A stretch of DNA of 44,323 nucleotides from an uncultured Methanosarcinales archaeon (GTDB lineage Archaea; Nanobdellota; Nanobdellia; Woesearchaeales; BS150m-G63), in the NCBI GenBank assembly GCA_964630685.1, contig CAZVVW010000007.1, positions 1-44,323 of the forward strand. The letters are read 5' to 3'. The notes below the pieces were generated by a model that was given only the letters and a program-made list of their open reading frames with translations, did not search any database and had not been told where the DNA came from. This document shows, in pieces, positions 36,129 through 44,323 of this stretch. Both the position numbers and the translations under genes were made by a program. The number at the start of each line of letters is the position of its first letter. The stretch's first letter is position 1.

Positions 36129-36312
36129 TCGTGAGTTGAATTATCTGCAGAAGATTGAGAATGATATACAGGAGAGGCTGTAGGATTTATTGGTTATTCA
36201 TCTTATTGGTGTTCATGAGAAGGTAAAAAAGTCTGGAGAGAATCATGATGGGTTGATTGGGTTATTGGATAAGGCTGTTGTTAATCTTAGAAATCTAAAT
36301 TTATTAATGTAA
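36115..36312 (+). pseudogene. Small ORF interrupted by an in-frame TAG
   Basis: MNQNNRELNYLQKIENDIQERL*(36181-36183)DLLVIHLIGVHEKVKK...NLLM*. Confidence 0.45.
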
Positions 36313-36392
36313 AGTTTTGAAATATTCTCAGAAAAACAAAAAAACATCAAACAAAAAAGATTAAATACTTTCTTTCAATCCCCATTAACACA

Positions 36393-37714
36393 ATGGGACA
36401 TATAACCTCAAAGAACTACCATTCTTTACAAAAAAGACTTAACGATGCACCTCAGGGGGCACCAGCATCAAAAGCCCTATTTCAAATTCTAGAAGTGCTA
36501 TTTACAGAAAAAGAAGCAAAACTTGTTTCTACTTTGCCCATTAAACCATTCACAGTTAAAATCGCATCTAAAAGATGGAAAAAATCAACAAAAGAAGCAA
36601 AACAAATACTAAACACTTTAGCAGATAAAGGGTTACTTCTTGATATATTTAATGGAAAAGAACAAACTTATGTACTTCCTCCGACAATGACGGGATTCTT
36701 TGAGTTTTCATTAATGAGAACAGATGGTAAGTTTGACAGAAAAGTTTTATCTGAATTATTTCATCAATATATCAATGTAGAATCAGGTTTTTTAAATGAA
36801 GTTATGGCGGTAGATCCTTCACTTGCAAGAGTGTTGGTCCACGAATGTTCATTGCAGGAAAAACATAAATCTGAAATTTTGGATTATGAAAGAGCATCAA
36901 AAATAATTGAGACTGCAACTTGCATAACTGTAGGTACTTGTTATTGTAGGCATAAAATGGAACACAAAGGACTTGCTTGTAATATGCCTCAAGATGTATG
37001 TTTGACATTTAATCTGCTGCAAAGAGTCTTTCAAAACATGGAGTTGCAAAAGAGATAACAAAAAAAGAAGCAAAAAAGATACTAGATAAATGTATAAAAT
37101 TAGGTCTTGTTCAAATCGGAGATAATGTTCAAAACAATGTATGTTGGATTTGTAATTGTTGTTCTTGTTGTTGTGAAGCAATACTCGCTTATAAAAGATT
37201 AAGATATAATATGAAAATCCAAACAAATTTTTATGCTAAAATAAAAACTGATAGTTGTATAGGGTGTGGAATATGTGTAAAAAAATGTCCAGTGTCTGCA
37301 ATAACCCTCAAAGAAGAAAAAGGAAAAAAAACCGCAGTAGTTGATATGAACAAATGTTTTGGTTGTGGTGTATGTACTAGATTCTGCCCAAAGAAAACAA
37401 TAGTTATGGAAAGGCGAAAAGAAACAGCATTTGTTCCAAAAGATGGGTTTGAAAGATACATCTTCACTGCAATCAATAATGGAAAATTACAAAATTTAAT
37501 CTTTGATAATTATAGTTTATGGACCAATGAAGCAATGAGAAGGCTTTTAGGATTTATACTAACATTAAAACCAGTAAAAAGAAAACTCGCAACACAACAA
37601 TTGAAATCTAGATTCATAAATAGGTTATCAAAAAATTATTACACTCTTGCAAAAGTATTTATTGACATGAAAAAACCAAATTATTCTCATCCAGAATTAA
37701 AAAAGAAGAATTAA
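36393..37714 (+). pseudogene. Frameshifted 4Fe-4S ferredoxin-domain protein (one gene split into ORFs 36393-37058 and 37211-37714)
   Basis: After CLTFN (about 37013) the -1 frame continues AAKSLSKHG...WICNCCSCCC...MKIQT directly into the CxxCxxCxxxCP domain. Confidence 0.85.
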
Positions 37715-37719
37715 AATAA

Positions 37720-37866
37720 TCATTTAATAATATAACCACACTGGCATACATGAGTTTCATGTTTGTCGCTGTATTGGGTTGTTACTCCATAGTCTACTTT
37801 AACACCACATTTTGGACACTTAGGTTCTAGTGCCTCAACAGAATTAAATATATTTAAATCTTCCAT
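37720..37866 (-). CDS. 48-aa zinc-finger microprotein
   Basis: MEDLNIFNSVEALEPKCPKCGVKVDYGVTTQYSDKHETHVCQCGYIIK; TATA upstream. Confidence 0.72.
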   Translation of the reverse strand: MEDLNIFNSVEALEPKCPKCGVKVDYGVTTQYSDKHETHVCQCGYIIK

Positions 37867-37923
37867 AGAATTTAATTATATAAAGTAAAGCTAATATAAA
37901 TACTTTTCTAAATAAATAGCCTT

Positions 37924-40392
37924 TCAGAAAAACTCGTTCAAACCACTTTGTTCTTTTTCAGAAGAAATATCTGATTTTTTTATATCAAATACAGAAAAAA
38001 TACTCTCGACCGCTGGAACTACTTGATGATTTATATAATAATCTGCATCATATTTTTGATCTTTTACTTCTTCCACCATTCTAGCCCTATCTCTTATCAT
38101 TCCTTTTCCTTTCATAATTACATAACTAATATTAGATCCAGCACCAACATCCATTCCTTTTCCTTTCATTCTTTTAGCTACAGCAACATGTGGTCCTATT
38201 TGAACATAATCATCTACTTCTTTTTTTAATTGGGTACTGATTACGACTTCTTCAACATCGACCTCATTTTTTCTTAAATCATTAATAATTTGTTTAGTAT
38301 ATTTTAATGCTTTTTCAACATTTTTTTCTTTTAATACTATTTCAAGAATTTTCTTTTGAACCTTTTTTGCAATTGGACTCCAGTTTCTACGAACAGTTTC
38401 AAACCCAGTTATTTTCATGTTCCCATCTTCAGAAATCATGGCATATTTTTTCTTGGCCCCTGTTTCTTTACCCTTTATAGGGACAAATATTCCTGAAGTG
38501 TATAGACCTTCATATTCTAATTCCATTAATCCTGGAAGTTCAACATTTATTTCTCCAATAAATTTAGAAATATCTTTTTTGGTTTTTTCTCCCATCAATA
38601 AAAATACACTGTCAGTGTCACTATAAATAACTTTAAATCCTGCTTTTTCAGATTTATTTATCACATTATGAATATAATATCTACCCCAGGCAGTGATACT
38701 CTTAGCACATTCCATACAATACCATCTTGCAGCGAAAAATCCATAATACCCATACAAACTATTGGCAAGCACTTTCAATGCTTCACTTCTTGCAGCTAAA
38801 ATAGCATCTGCTTTTCCTTTTTTAGCAATCATCTCTTTTATCCTCATTCTTCTTGTGATTAAATCATTTACAACAAGAGGGATAAATCCTTTTTTCTTTT
38901 CGCAGAACCAATATTTTTCATCTGGAGCTTTCTGTCCACCACAACATTTACAATTCAAAGTTTCAGGAGAAACATTATGGGAACTAATTATTGTTGGGTA
39001 TAGGCTTCTATAATCTAAAATTGCAATGTTTTCATACATACCAGCTTGGGGTTCATATACAAAAGCACCTTTGTAAGTTAACATCCTCCTTTGTTTTATA
39101 TCTTCATGGCCTGGTTTATTGGGGATTAATTCATTAAAATTATAACTCTGATTCAATAAATACGCCTCTACTAATTGACTAAATCCCATTCTTACTACAT
39201 TGTAGGGTAACATTCCCACAATTTTTACTAGTTCCAATATATTAGGCATTAATTTTTTAGCTAAATTATAAACTAGTAAAGAATCTCTTAAGTTATACTT
39301 GCAATAAATTTCTAACTCTGTGGATTTATTATCCCATGCATTTGCCAACCCATCTAAATCTGCATCTACTTTTTCTTCATTTAGCAATTCTTTAGATACA
39401 GAATCAAGATCATACCTATCTGTATCCATTGTTCTGCCTATAACTCTTCTAATAAAACTAAAAATATCTAGGTGCATTATTCCCTTAATTTTTGCATTAG
39501 ATATATCTCTTTTAGTTACAGCTAAATTAGAATAATCTAACCCTAAATCAAGTTTGATTTTATATTTTTTAGCTCTTGTTTCAATATAAGGCATATCAAA
39601 CCCATCAGAAAAATAACCCACTAATGCTTCTGGTTTGTAGTGTCCTATTACTTCTTTAATTTTTTCGATAAGTTCTACTTCACTATCTACAAATTCAATA
39701 TATTTTTCATTTGTTTTGAATTTTTTCCAAGTGATGACTTTTTCAAAATTTTTACCATAAAAACTAACCATTATGATGGGATATTTTTCAGGCTCAATTC
39801 CTTTTCCGGCAGGATTATAGGTTTCAATATCAAAACCAAGCATTCTTGGTTCTTTTAGTGCATCTTCACTAAATTGTTTAATACTGTCTGCCTTAAACAC
39901 ATCGACTCGTGATTTTTGATTTACAAATTCACCTTCTACTTCTACTAAAGTAATAGGGGTTATTTTATTATCGACAAGATATCTTCTTAAAAAAGGAATA
40001 TCTACTTCATATATATTCTCTATAGAATCCCATTCTTGTATCACTTTGGAAATTTTTGAAATTGCTTTATGGACATTTACATAAACTTTAATCAGATTGA
40101 GTTCTTTTCCATGTCTTTTTTTGGTTATATTTTCTGTTTTAATTACTTCATAATTATTTTTGTTTTCTTTTTCCAGGTCTCCTTCTTCTTCTAGTTTTAA
40201 TTTCCCTATTTTAATTATTAAACTATCTATATCATTTTCTCGTTTAGGTTTAACTAAAAAATAAGGAGTGAATGTATCATCAATTACAGTAATCCTTTTA
40301 TTATTTGATTGTCTTCCAAATAAATAAACCACAGACTTATTATCTACTTCTTTATAGTCCATGTCATATGGATAGAACTGTATTTTTACCAT
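37924..40392 (-). CDS. polB: Family B DNA polymerase
   Basis: Exo I FDIET, DYRSLYPTII, K..ANSLYGY, YSDTDS and KKKY motifs; C-terminal PIP box QSGLNEFF. Confidence 0.98.
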   Translation of the reverse strand: MVKIQFYPYDMDYKEVDNKSVVYLFGRQSNNKRITVIDDTFTPYFLVKPKRENDIDSLIIKIGKLKLEEEGDLEKENKNNYEVIKTENITKKRHGKELNLIKVYVNVHKAISKISKVIQEWDSIENIYEVDIPFLRRYLVDNKITPITLVEVEGEFVNQKSRVDVFKADSIKQFSEDALKEPRMLGFDIETYNPAGKGIEPEKYPIIMVSFYGKNFEKVITWKKFKTNEKYIEFVDSEVELIEKIKEVIGHYKPEALVGYFSDGFDMPYIETRAKKYKIKLDLGLDYSNLAVTKRDISNAKIKGIMHLDIFSFIRRVIGRTMDTDRYDLDSVSKELLNEEKVDADLDGLANAWDNKSTELEIYCKYNLRDSLLVYNLAKKLMPNILELVKIVGMLPYNVVRMGFSQLVEAYLLNQSYNFNELIPNKPGHEDIKQRRMLTYKGAFVYEPQAGMYENIAILDYRSLYPTIISSHNVSPETLNCKCCGGQKAPDEKYWFCEKKKGFIPLVVNDLITRRMRIKEMIAKKGKADAILAARSEALKVLANSLYGYYGFFAARWYCMECAKSITAWGRYYIHNVINKSEKAGFKVIYSDTDSVFLLMGEKTKKDISKFIGEINVELPGLMELEYEGLYTSGIFVPIKGKETGAKKKYAMISEDGNMKITGFETVRRNWSPIAKKVQKKILEIVLKEKNVEKALKYTKQIINDLRKNEVDVEEVVISTQLKKEVDDYVQIGPHVAVAKRMKGKGMDVGAGSNISYVIMKGKGMIRDRARMVEEVKDQKYDADYYINHQVVPAVESIFSVFDIKKSDISSEKEQSGLNEFF

Positions 40393-40452
40393 AAGATAGC
40401 CTAAAAGAGCCAAATTTATAAAATTGTCGAAAATTTACTTAAAAAAGCAATA

Positions 40453-40460
40453 TTTATAAA
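40453..40460 (+). promoter_or_regulatory. TATA box of tRNA-Ile
   Basis: TTTATAAA preceded by an A-rich stretch, about 29 nt upstream of the tRNA. Confidence 0.6.
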
Positions 40461-40488
40461 CAAATTAAATCTTCTAAACAGTGATTGT

Positions 40489-40595
40489 GGGCCTGTAGCT
40501 CAGTCTGGTTAGAGCGCTGGTCTTATATGACTACGCTTTAAACAAAAAGCACCTAAGACAGCCAGAAGTCGCGAGTTCAAATCTCGCCAGGCCCA
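40489..40595 (+). tRNA. tRNA-Ile(TAT) with a 32-nt intron at 37/38 (intron 40528-40559)
   Basis: Acceptor GGGCCTG/CAGGCCC; D stem GCTC/GAGC; anticodon stem CTGGT/GCCAG around CT-TAT-A; BHB central helix CTTA/TAAG; T arm GCGAG TTCAAAT CTCGC. Confidence 0.93.
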
Positions 40596-40753
40596 CCTTT
40601 ATATTAATTAATTATTTTAAATTAATGAGATTAATCAAAAAAATTACAAAGTGATTAAATCAATGCAGTTGATTTACATCGCTTCTCTGTGGCTACGGCA
40701 GAAAACGTAGGTTCCAAATCTCGCCAGGCCCACCTTTATATTAATTAATTATT
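40578..40753 (+). repeat. 39-bp direct repeat of the tRNA-Ile 3' end plus trailer, flanking a structured element
   Basis: CAAATCTCGCCAGGCCCACCTTTATATTAATTAATTATT occurs at 40578-40616 and 40715-40753 (137-bp period). Confidence 0.93.
40651..40722 (+). other. tRNA-associated 72-nt structured element, copy 2
   Basis: GTGATTAAATCAATGCAGTTGATTTACATCGCTTCTCTGTGGCTACGGCAGAAAACGTAGGTTCCAAATCTC; homologous to the reverse complement of 6541-6612. Confidence 0.85.
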
Positions 40754-40775
40754 CCAATACATTAATGTTCTCACA

Positions 40776-41483
40776 ATGATAACCAAACTAAAAGAGGAAT
40801 TACGAAAACAGGCAACCCCTGAACAAGCAAAGATATTGCAGAGATTCTTTAAAACAGGTAAAGGAGAATATGGAGAAGGAGATGTTTTTCTAGGAATAAA
40901 AGTTCCAATACAGAGAAAAATAGCAAAAAATTATTTGGGAATTTCGTTAAGAGAATTGCAAGAACTCTTAGATACAAATATACATGAATATAGATTAACT
41001 GCATTAGTTATTTTAATTAATAAATATAATAATTCAACTGAAAAAGAAAAAAAAGAAGTTTATGAATTTTATATTCAAAATCTGGAAAATATAAACAACT
41101 GGGATTTAGTTGATATTTCATGCCCCAATATTGTAGGAAATTATCTTTATTTTCAACCAATAATCAGTGTAAAAAAAATATTGCAACAACTTGCTATCTC
41201 AAAGAATCTTTGGAAGAGAAGAGTTGCGATAATTTCAACACTTTTTTTTATTAAACAAGGTAGATTCGGAGAAACATTAGGTATTTCTCAGATGCTTCTA
41301 AAAGATGAGCACGATTTAATACACAAAGCAGTTGGGTGGATGTTAAGGGAAGTTGGAAAAAAGAATCAAGAAGTAGAAGAAAGATTCTTAAATAAATACT
41401 ACAAACAGATGCCAAGAACTATGTTAAGATATTCAATTGAGAGATTCAGCGAGGAAAAAAGAAAGTATTATATGAAAAAATAA
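40776..41483 (+). CDS. DNA alkylation repair protein (AlkD-like HEAT-repeat glycosylase)
   Basis: FFKTGKGEYGEGD.FLG, NNWDLVD, LW.RR and IHKAVGWMLREVGK motifs. Confidence 0.92.
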   Translation: MITKLKEELRKQATPEQAKILQRFFKTGKGEYGEGDVFLGIKVPIQRKIAKNYLGISLRELQELLDTNIHEYRLTALVILINKYNNSTEKEKKEVYEFYIQNLENINNWDLVDISCPNIVGNYLYFQPIISVKKILQQLAISKNLWKRRVAIISTLFFIKQGRFGETLGISQMLLKDEHDLIHKAVGWMLREVGKKNQEVEERFLNKYYKQMPRTMLRYSIERFSEEKRKYYMKK

Positions 41484-41532
41484 TCTCTTTTTAGTAATCT
41501 TTATAAATAAATCAATAAACCCACACTAACAC

Positions 41533-41607
41533 GCCCCTGTGGTGTAGTCCGGTCAATCATTCCAGATTTTCGATCTGAAGACCCGGGTTCAAATCCCGGC
41601 AGGGGCA
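41533..41607 (+). tRNA. tRNA-Glu(TTC)
   Basis: Acceptor GCCCCTG/CAGGGGC; anticodon loop TT-TTC-GA; T arm CCGGG TTCAAAT CCCGG; TATA at 41500-41507. Confidence 0.93.
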
Positions 41608-41720
41608 CTACTTTTCACATTTTTCTTTTGAATTAAAAAACCCATCAAAAAAGAAAAAATAAATATGATTGAAGAAATATTTAAAAAACATTATTAATTA
41701 TTCTCAAAATAAAGTATTAA

Positions 41721-41876
41721 ATGGGAGGTGTTGAATACATCAATTATGTTGATAATTGTTTTGATGGATATGTCCAAGATAAATTAAAAGAATTTTCAAA
41801 TAAAAATTATGATATTTTTAAAGAAGCTTATGATTATGCCCATAAAAAAACTTTTGAAAGATTTAAAGAAATTTAA
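41721..41876 (+). CDS. 51-aa hypothetical ORF or gene remnant
   Basis: MGGVEYINYVDNCFDG...FKEI; no recognisable motif. Confidence 0.35.
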   Translation: MGGVEYINYVDNCFDGYVQDKLKEFSNKNYDIFKEAYDYAHKKTFERFKEI

Positions 41877-42038
41877 ACTTTTTAATTTAAATGATTAATC
41901 ATTCCTAAATAAAACCTAAAAAATAGAAACACTTAAAAAGGGTGCTCTTTTCCTGCTCAATATCAGAGAATATTAATGTTTGTTATTTCTGAGTTGAGTT
42001 TTAACAAATTTTTTCTGATAAACAACAATGAGGTAAAA

Positions 42039-42233
42039 ATGAAAGGAACAGTTAAATTTTTTAACGATATGAAAGGCTTTGGATTCATTGCCGCTGATGA
42101 CGGAAAAGAATATTTCGTTCACCAAACTGGACTTCAAGAAGGAGTTAATTTAAACGAAAACGACGTAGTCGAGTTTGATGTAGAAGATGGCGACAGAGGA
42201 CCAAAAGCAACTAATGTATCAAAAGCAGAATAA
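42039..42233 (+). CDS. Cold-shock domain protein
   Basis: MKGTVKFFN..KGFGFI...FVHQT...GDRGPKATNV; GAGGT SD before ATG 42039. Confidence 0.96.
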   Translation: MKGTVKFFNDMKGFGFIAADDGKEYFVHQTGLQEGVNLNENDVVEFDVEDGDRGPKATNVSKAE

Positions 42234-42247
42234 GCGAGGAATTCTAT

Positions 42248-42679
42248 ATGTCTATCAAAAAAGGCAATAAAATTAAGATTGAGTACACAGGTACATTGGA
42301 TGACGGAAAAGTATTTGATTCATCTGAAAAGCATGGTCAACCACTAGAATTAGAGGTTGGTTCAGGTAAAATCATTCCTGGTTTAGATAAAGCTCTAATT
42401 GGAATGAAAAAGGATGAAGAAAAAGAAATTACAGTGAAACCAGAGGAAGCATACGGTGAACGCAATGAACAATTTATCAAGAAAATACCAAGAAAACAAG
42501 TGCCTGCTGATCAGGAACCAAAACCAGGGATGGTGCTAGGATTAAAGTCTCCAGATGGAAGACAATTTCCAGCAATAATTACAAAAGTAGACGATGAAGA
42601 GTTAACAATTGATTTAAACCACCCTTTAGCAGGAAAAACTTTGAATTTCAAGATTAAAGTTGTTGATATAAGTGCTTAA
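42248..42679 (+). CDS. slyD: FKBP-type peptidyl-prolyl isomerase (SlyD-like)
   Basis: YTGTLDDGKVFDSS, IIPGLDKAL, PEEAYG and DLNHPLAGKTLNF motifs. Confidence 0.93.
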   Translation: MSIKKGNKIKIEYTGTLDDGKVFDSSEKHGQPLELEVGSGKIIPGLDKALIGMKKDEEKEITVKPEEAYGERNEQFIKKIPRKQVPADQEPKPGMVLGLKSPDGRQFPAIITKVDDEELTIDLNHPLAGKTLNFKIKVVDISA

Positions 42680-42797
42680 TTAGTAAATTATTTCTTTTTT
42701 TATTTTTTTCTAATCGAACTAAATACATTTTTCTTTTTTCAGATTTTTAATTTAAACATACACAAATTTTATATACAAATCAGTTATAATTAGTGGT

Positions 42798-43406
42798 ATG
42801 TATGGGATATTAGTGTTAGGAGATAGTATTTCTTATGGTAGGGGAGAATTTCTAAATCTTGGATGGGCGGGAAGACTAAAAAAAGATTTTGAGTCCAAAG
42901 ATCAATATAATTGCTTGTTTAATTTAGGAATACCTGGAGATACTTCAACCACCCTTTTGAATAGATTTGAAACAGCAATCCAATCTAGAATTAAATACAA
43001 ATATCCTGAAGATAAATTTATTATTATGATAGCTATAGGAATAAACGATTCCAGAGGAATCGATTCTCCAACTAAACACCAAACTAAAAAACAAGAGTTC
43101 AAAAAAAATATAGAAGAATTAATTAAAATAGCAAAAAAATACACTAAAGATGTGATTATATTAGGGTTAACCCCTGTTGATGAAACAATTACAAACCCTT
43201 TTGAAGATACTTATTTTGTGAATGATATAATTGAAGAATATAATAAAATTTTAAAAGAATCAACAGAAAATAAAGCCATATTTATAGATATTTTTGATGA
43301 ATTAATAAAATTAAATTACCAAGAATTATTATCAGATGGGTTACATCCAAATAAAAAAGGATATGAAAAAATATATCAAATTATTAAAAACTCAACAGCC
43401 CTATAA
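42798..43406 (+). CDS. SGNH/GDSL hydrolase
   Basis: LGDSI, NLGIPG, IGIND and DGLHP motifs. Confidence 0.93.
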   Translation: MYGILVLGDSISYGRGEFLNLGWAGRLKKDFESKDQYNCLFNLGIPGDTSTTLLNRFETAIQSRIKYKYPEDKFIIMIAIGINDSRGIDSPTKHQTKKQEFKKNIEELIKIAKKYTKDVIILGLTPVDETITNPFEDTYFVNDIIEEYNKILKESTENKAIFIDIFDELIKLNYQELLSDGLHPNKKGYEKIYQIIKNSTAL

Positions 43407-43410
43407 AAAG

Positions 43411-43599
43411 ATGGTTGACAAAGATGATATTTATTCTAAAAGTGTCGCGGCCATTGATAAATTAACTCTTCAAATTTACAAAGAATTCCAAGAAGAACAT
43501 AAAGATTTATTGATACAAAATCCTAAAGAGTACTGGAGACGGGCTTCTATATACAAAGAAGATAAATTAAGAAAAATCTTATATAATATGAAAAAGTGA
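43411..43599 (+). CDS. Small hypothetical protein
   Basis: ATG 4 nt after the GDSL stop; 62 aa. Confidence 0.55.
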   Translation: MVDKDDIYSKSVAAIDKLTLQIYKEFQEEHKDLLIQNPKEYWRRASIYKEDKLRKILYNMKK

Positions 43600-43724
43600 T
43601 TATTTAATAATTTTTATATTGATAATATTAAATCAATATATAAATCTTTCTATTTTCACTACTTACTAATAACAACTAAAAAAAACACAACTTTTTTAAA
43701 TGATTACTAAATCCAAAACATATC

Positions 43725-43826
43725 ATGAAGAGAAGTTCAAGAAGATGGAAAAAGCCTAGGCAAATGCGTTGGAAATGGCAACGTAAAAGAATGAAGAAGG
43801 AAAAGAGAAGAAGGCAGAAGAAATAA
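43725..43826 (+). CDS. rpl41e: 50S ribosomal protein L41e
   Basis: MKRSSRRWKKPRQMRWKWQRKRMKKEKRRRQKK carries the MRWKW..KR signature of archaeal L41e; TATA upstream. Confidence 0.85.
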   Translation: MKRSSRRWKKPRQMRWKWQRKRMKKEKRRRQKK

Positions 43827-44024
43827 GTATAAAAAACATAAGATTTATAAAAGAACCATAACTCCTCAATTACACTCATATCAACTCCAAATTCTCAATT
43901 TTAACAGTTGGGATATCTAATTTTCATTTACATGTGCACTTGATAGAACTATCTAGTGTGAATTAGTGTTGTTTGTTAGTGCAGAAACCTAACTAAAACT
44001 ATAAGTTTAAATTCTTGCGAACCA

Positions 44025-44323
44025 ATTTCCGTTGATCCTGCGGAAGATCGCTGCTATTAGGATTCGATTAAGCCATGCGAGTTCAGGCTCCTTCGGGAAC
44101 CGGCAAAATGCTCAGTAACACGTCGATAATCTGCCCTTAGGTCGGGAATAACCTTGGGAAACTGAGGATAATACCTGATATGGAATTATTTCTGGAATGA
44201 TTTTTTCTTTAAAGATTACGCCTAAGGATGAGTCGGCGGCGGATTAGGCTGTTGGCGGGGTAATGGCCCACCAAACCAACGATCCGTAGGGGCCCTGAGA
44301 GGGGTAGCCCCGAGAAGGACACT
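44025..44323 (+). rRNA. 16S rRNA, 5' part (runs off the window end)
   Basis: TTGATCCTG, AAGCCATGC, GCTCAGTAACACG, GGGATAACC, GGGAAACTG and GTAATGGCCCACCA are archaeal SSU signatures. Confidence 0.97.

Noticed and set aside
36181..36183. Pyrrolysine or stop-codon reassignment
   Set aside because: TAG ends normal genes here (rpl21e, rpoF) and no pyl genes are present; a single nonsense mutation is simpler.
6517..40753. One large prophage or island bounded by the two tRNA elements
   Set aside because: The duplications are local and belong to different tRNAs in opposite orientation, and the interval contains core genes.

Overview
AT-rich archaeal chromosome segment. A DPANN lineage, probably Woesearchaeota-like, is inferred from TFB, L21e/RpoF/DUF655, S19e-L39e-L31e, L41e, family-B polymerase, intron-containing tRNAs, a UAU-anticodon tRNA-Ile and a divergent archaeal 16S 5' end. 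Housekeeping genes (tfb, sepF, ileS, polB, slyD, cold-shock protein, three tRNAs, start of 16S rRNA) alternate with accessory genes. Three things stand out. (1) At 1.1-6.4 kb, a tightly coupled array behind a Ser/Thr kinase has eight consecutive ORFs with unrelated cargo that all begin with the same N-terminal leader, NLExK[LV]EGI[IV]. One of them is a 20-aa ORF that is only the leader. (2) A 72-nt element with covarying hairpins sits downstream of two different tRNA genes (Ser and Ile), each time followed by a duplicate of that tRNA's 3' end, with periods of 139 and 137 bp. (3) A double-palindrome DNA repeat is inserted in frame in the C-terminal tails of both S19e and L31e. Also present: a ThyA-like protein with Ser at the catalytic Cys, twin SHOCT-like microproteins, several small ORFs missing from the ORF track, and disrupted genes. 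All family assignments come from motif recognition by eye; no searches were run.
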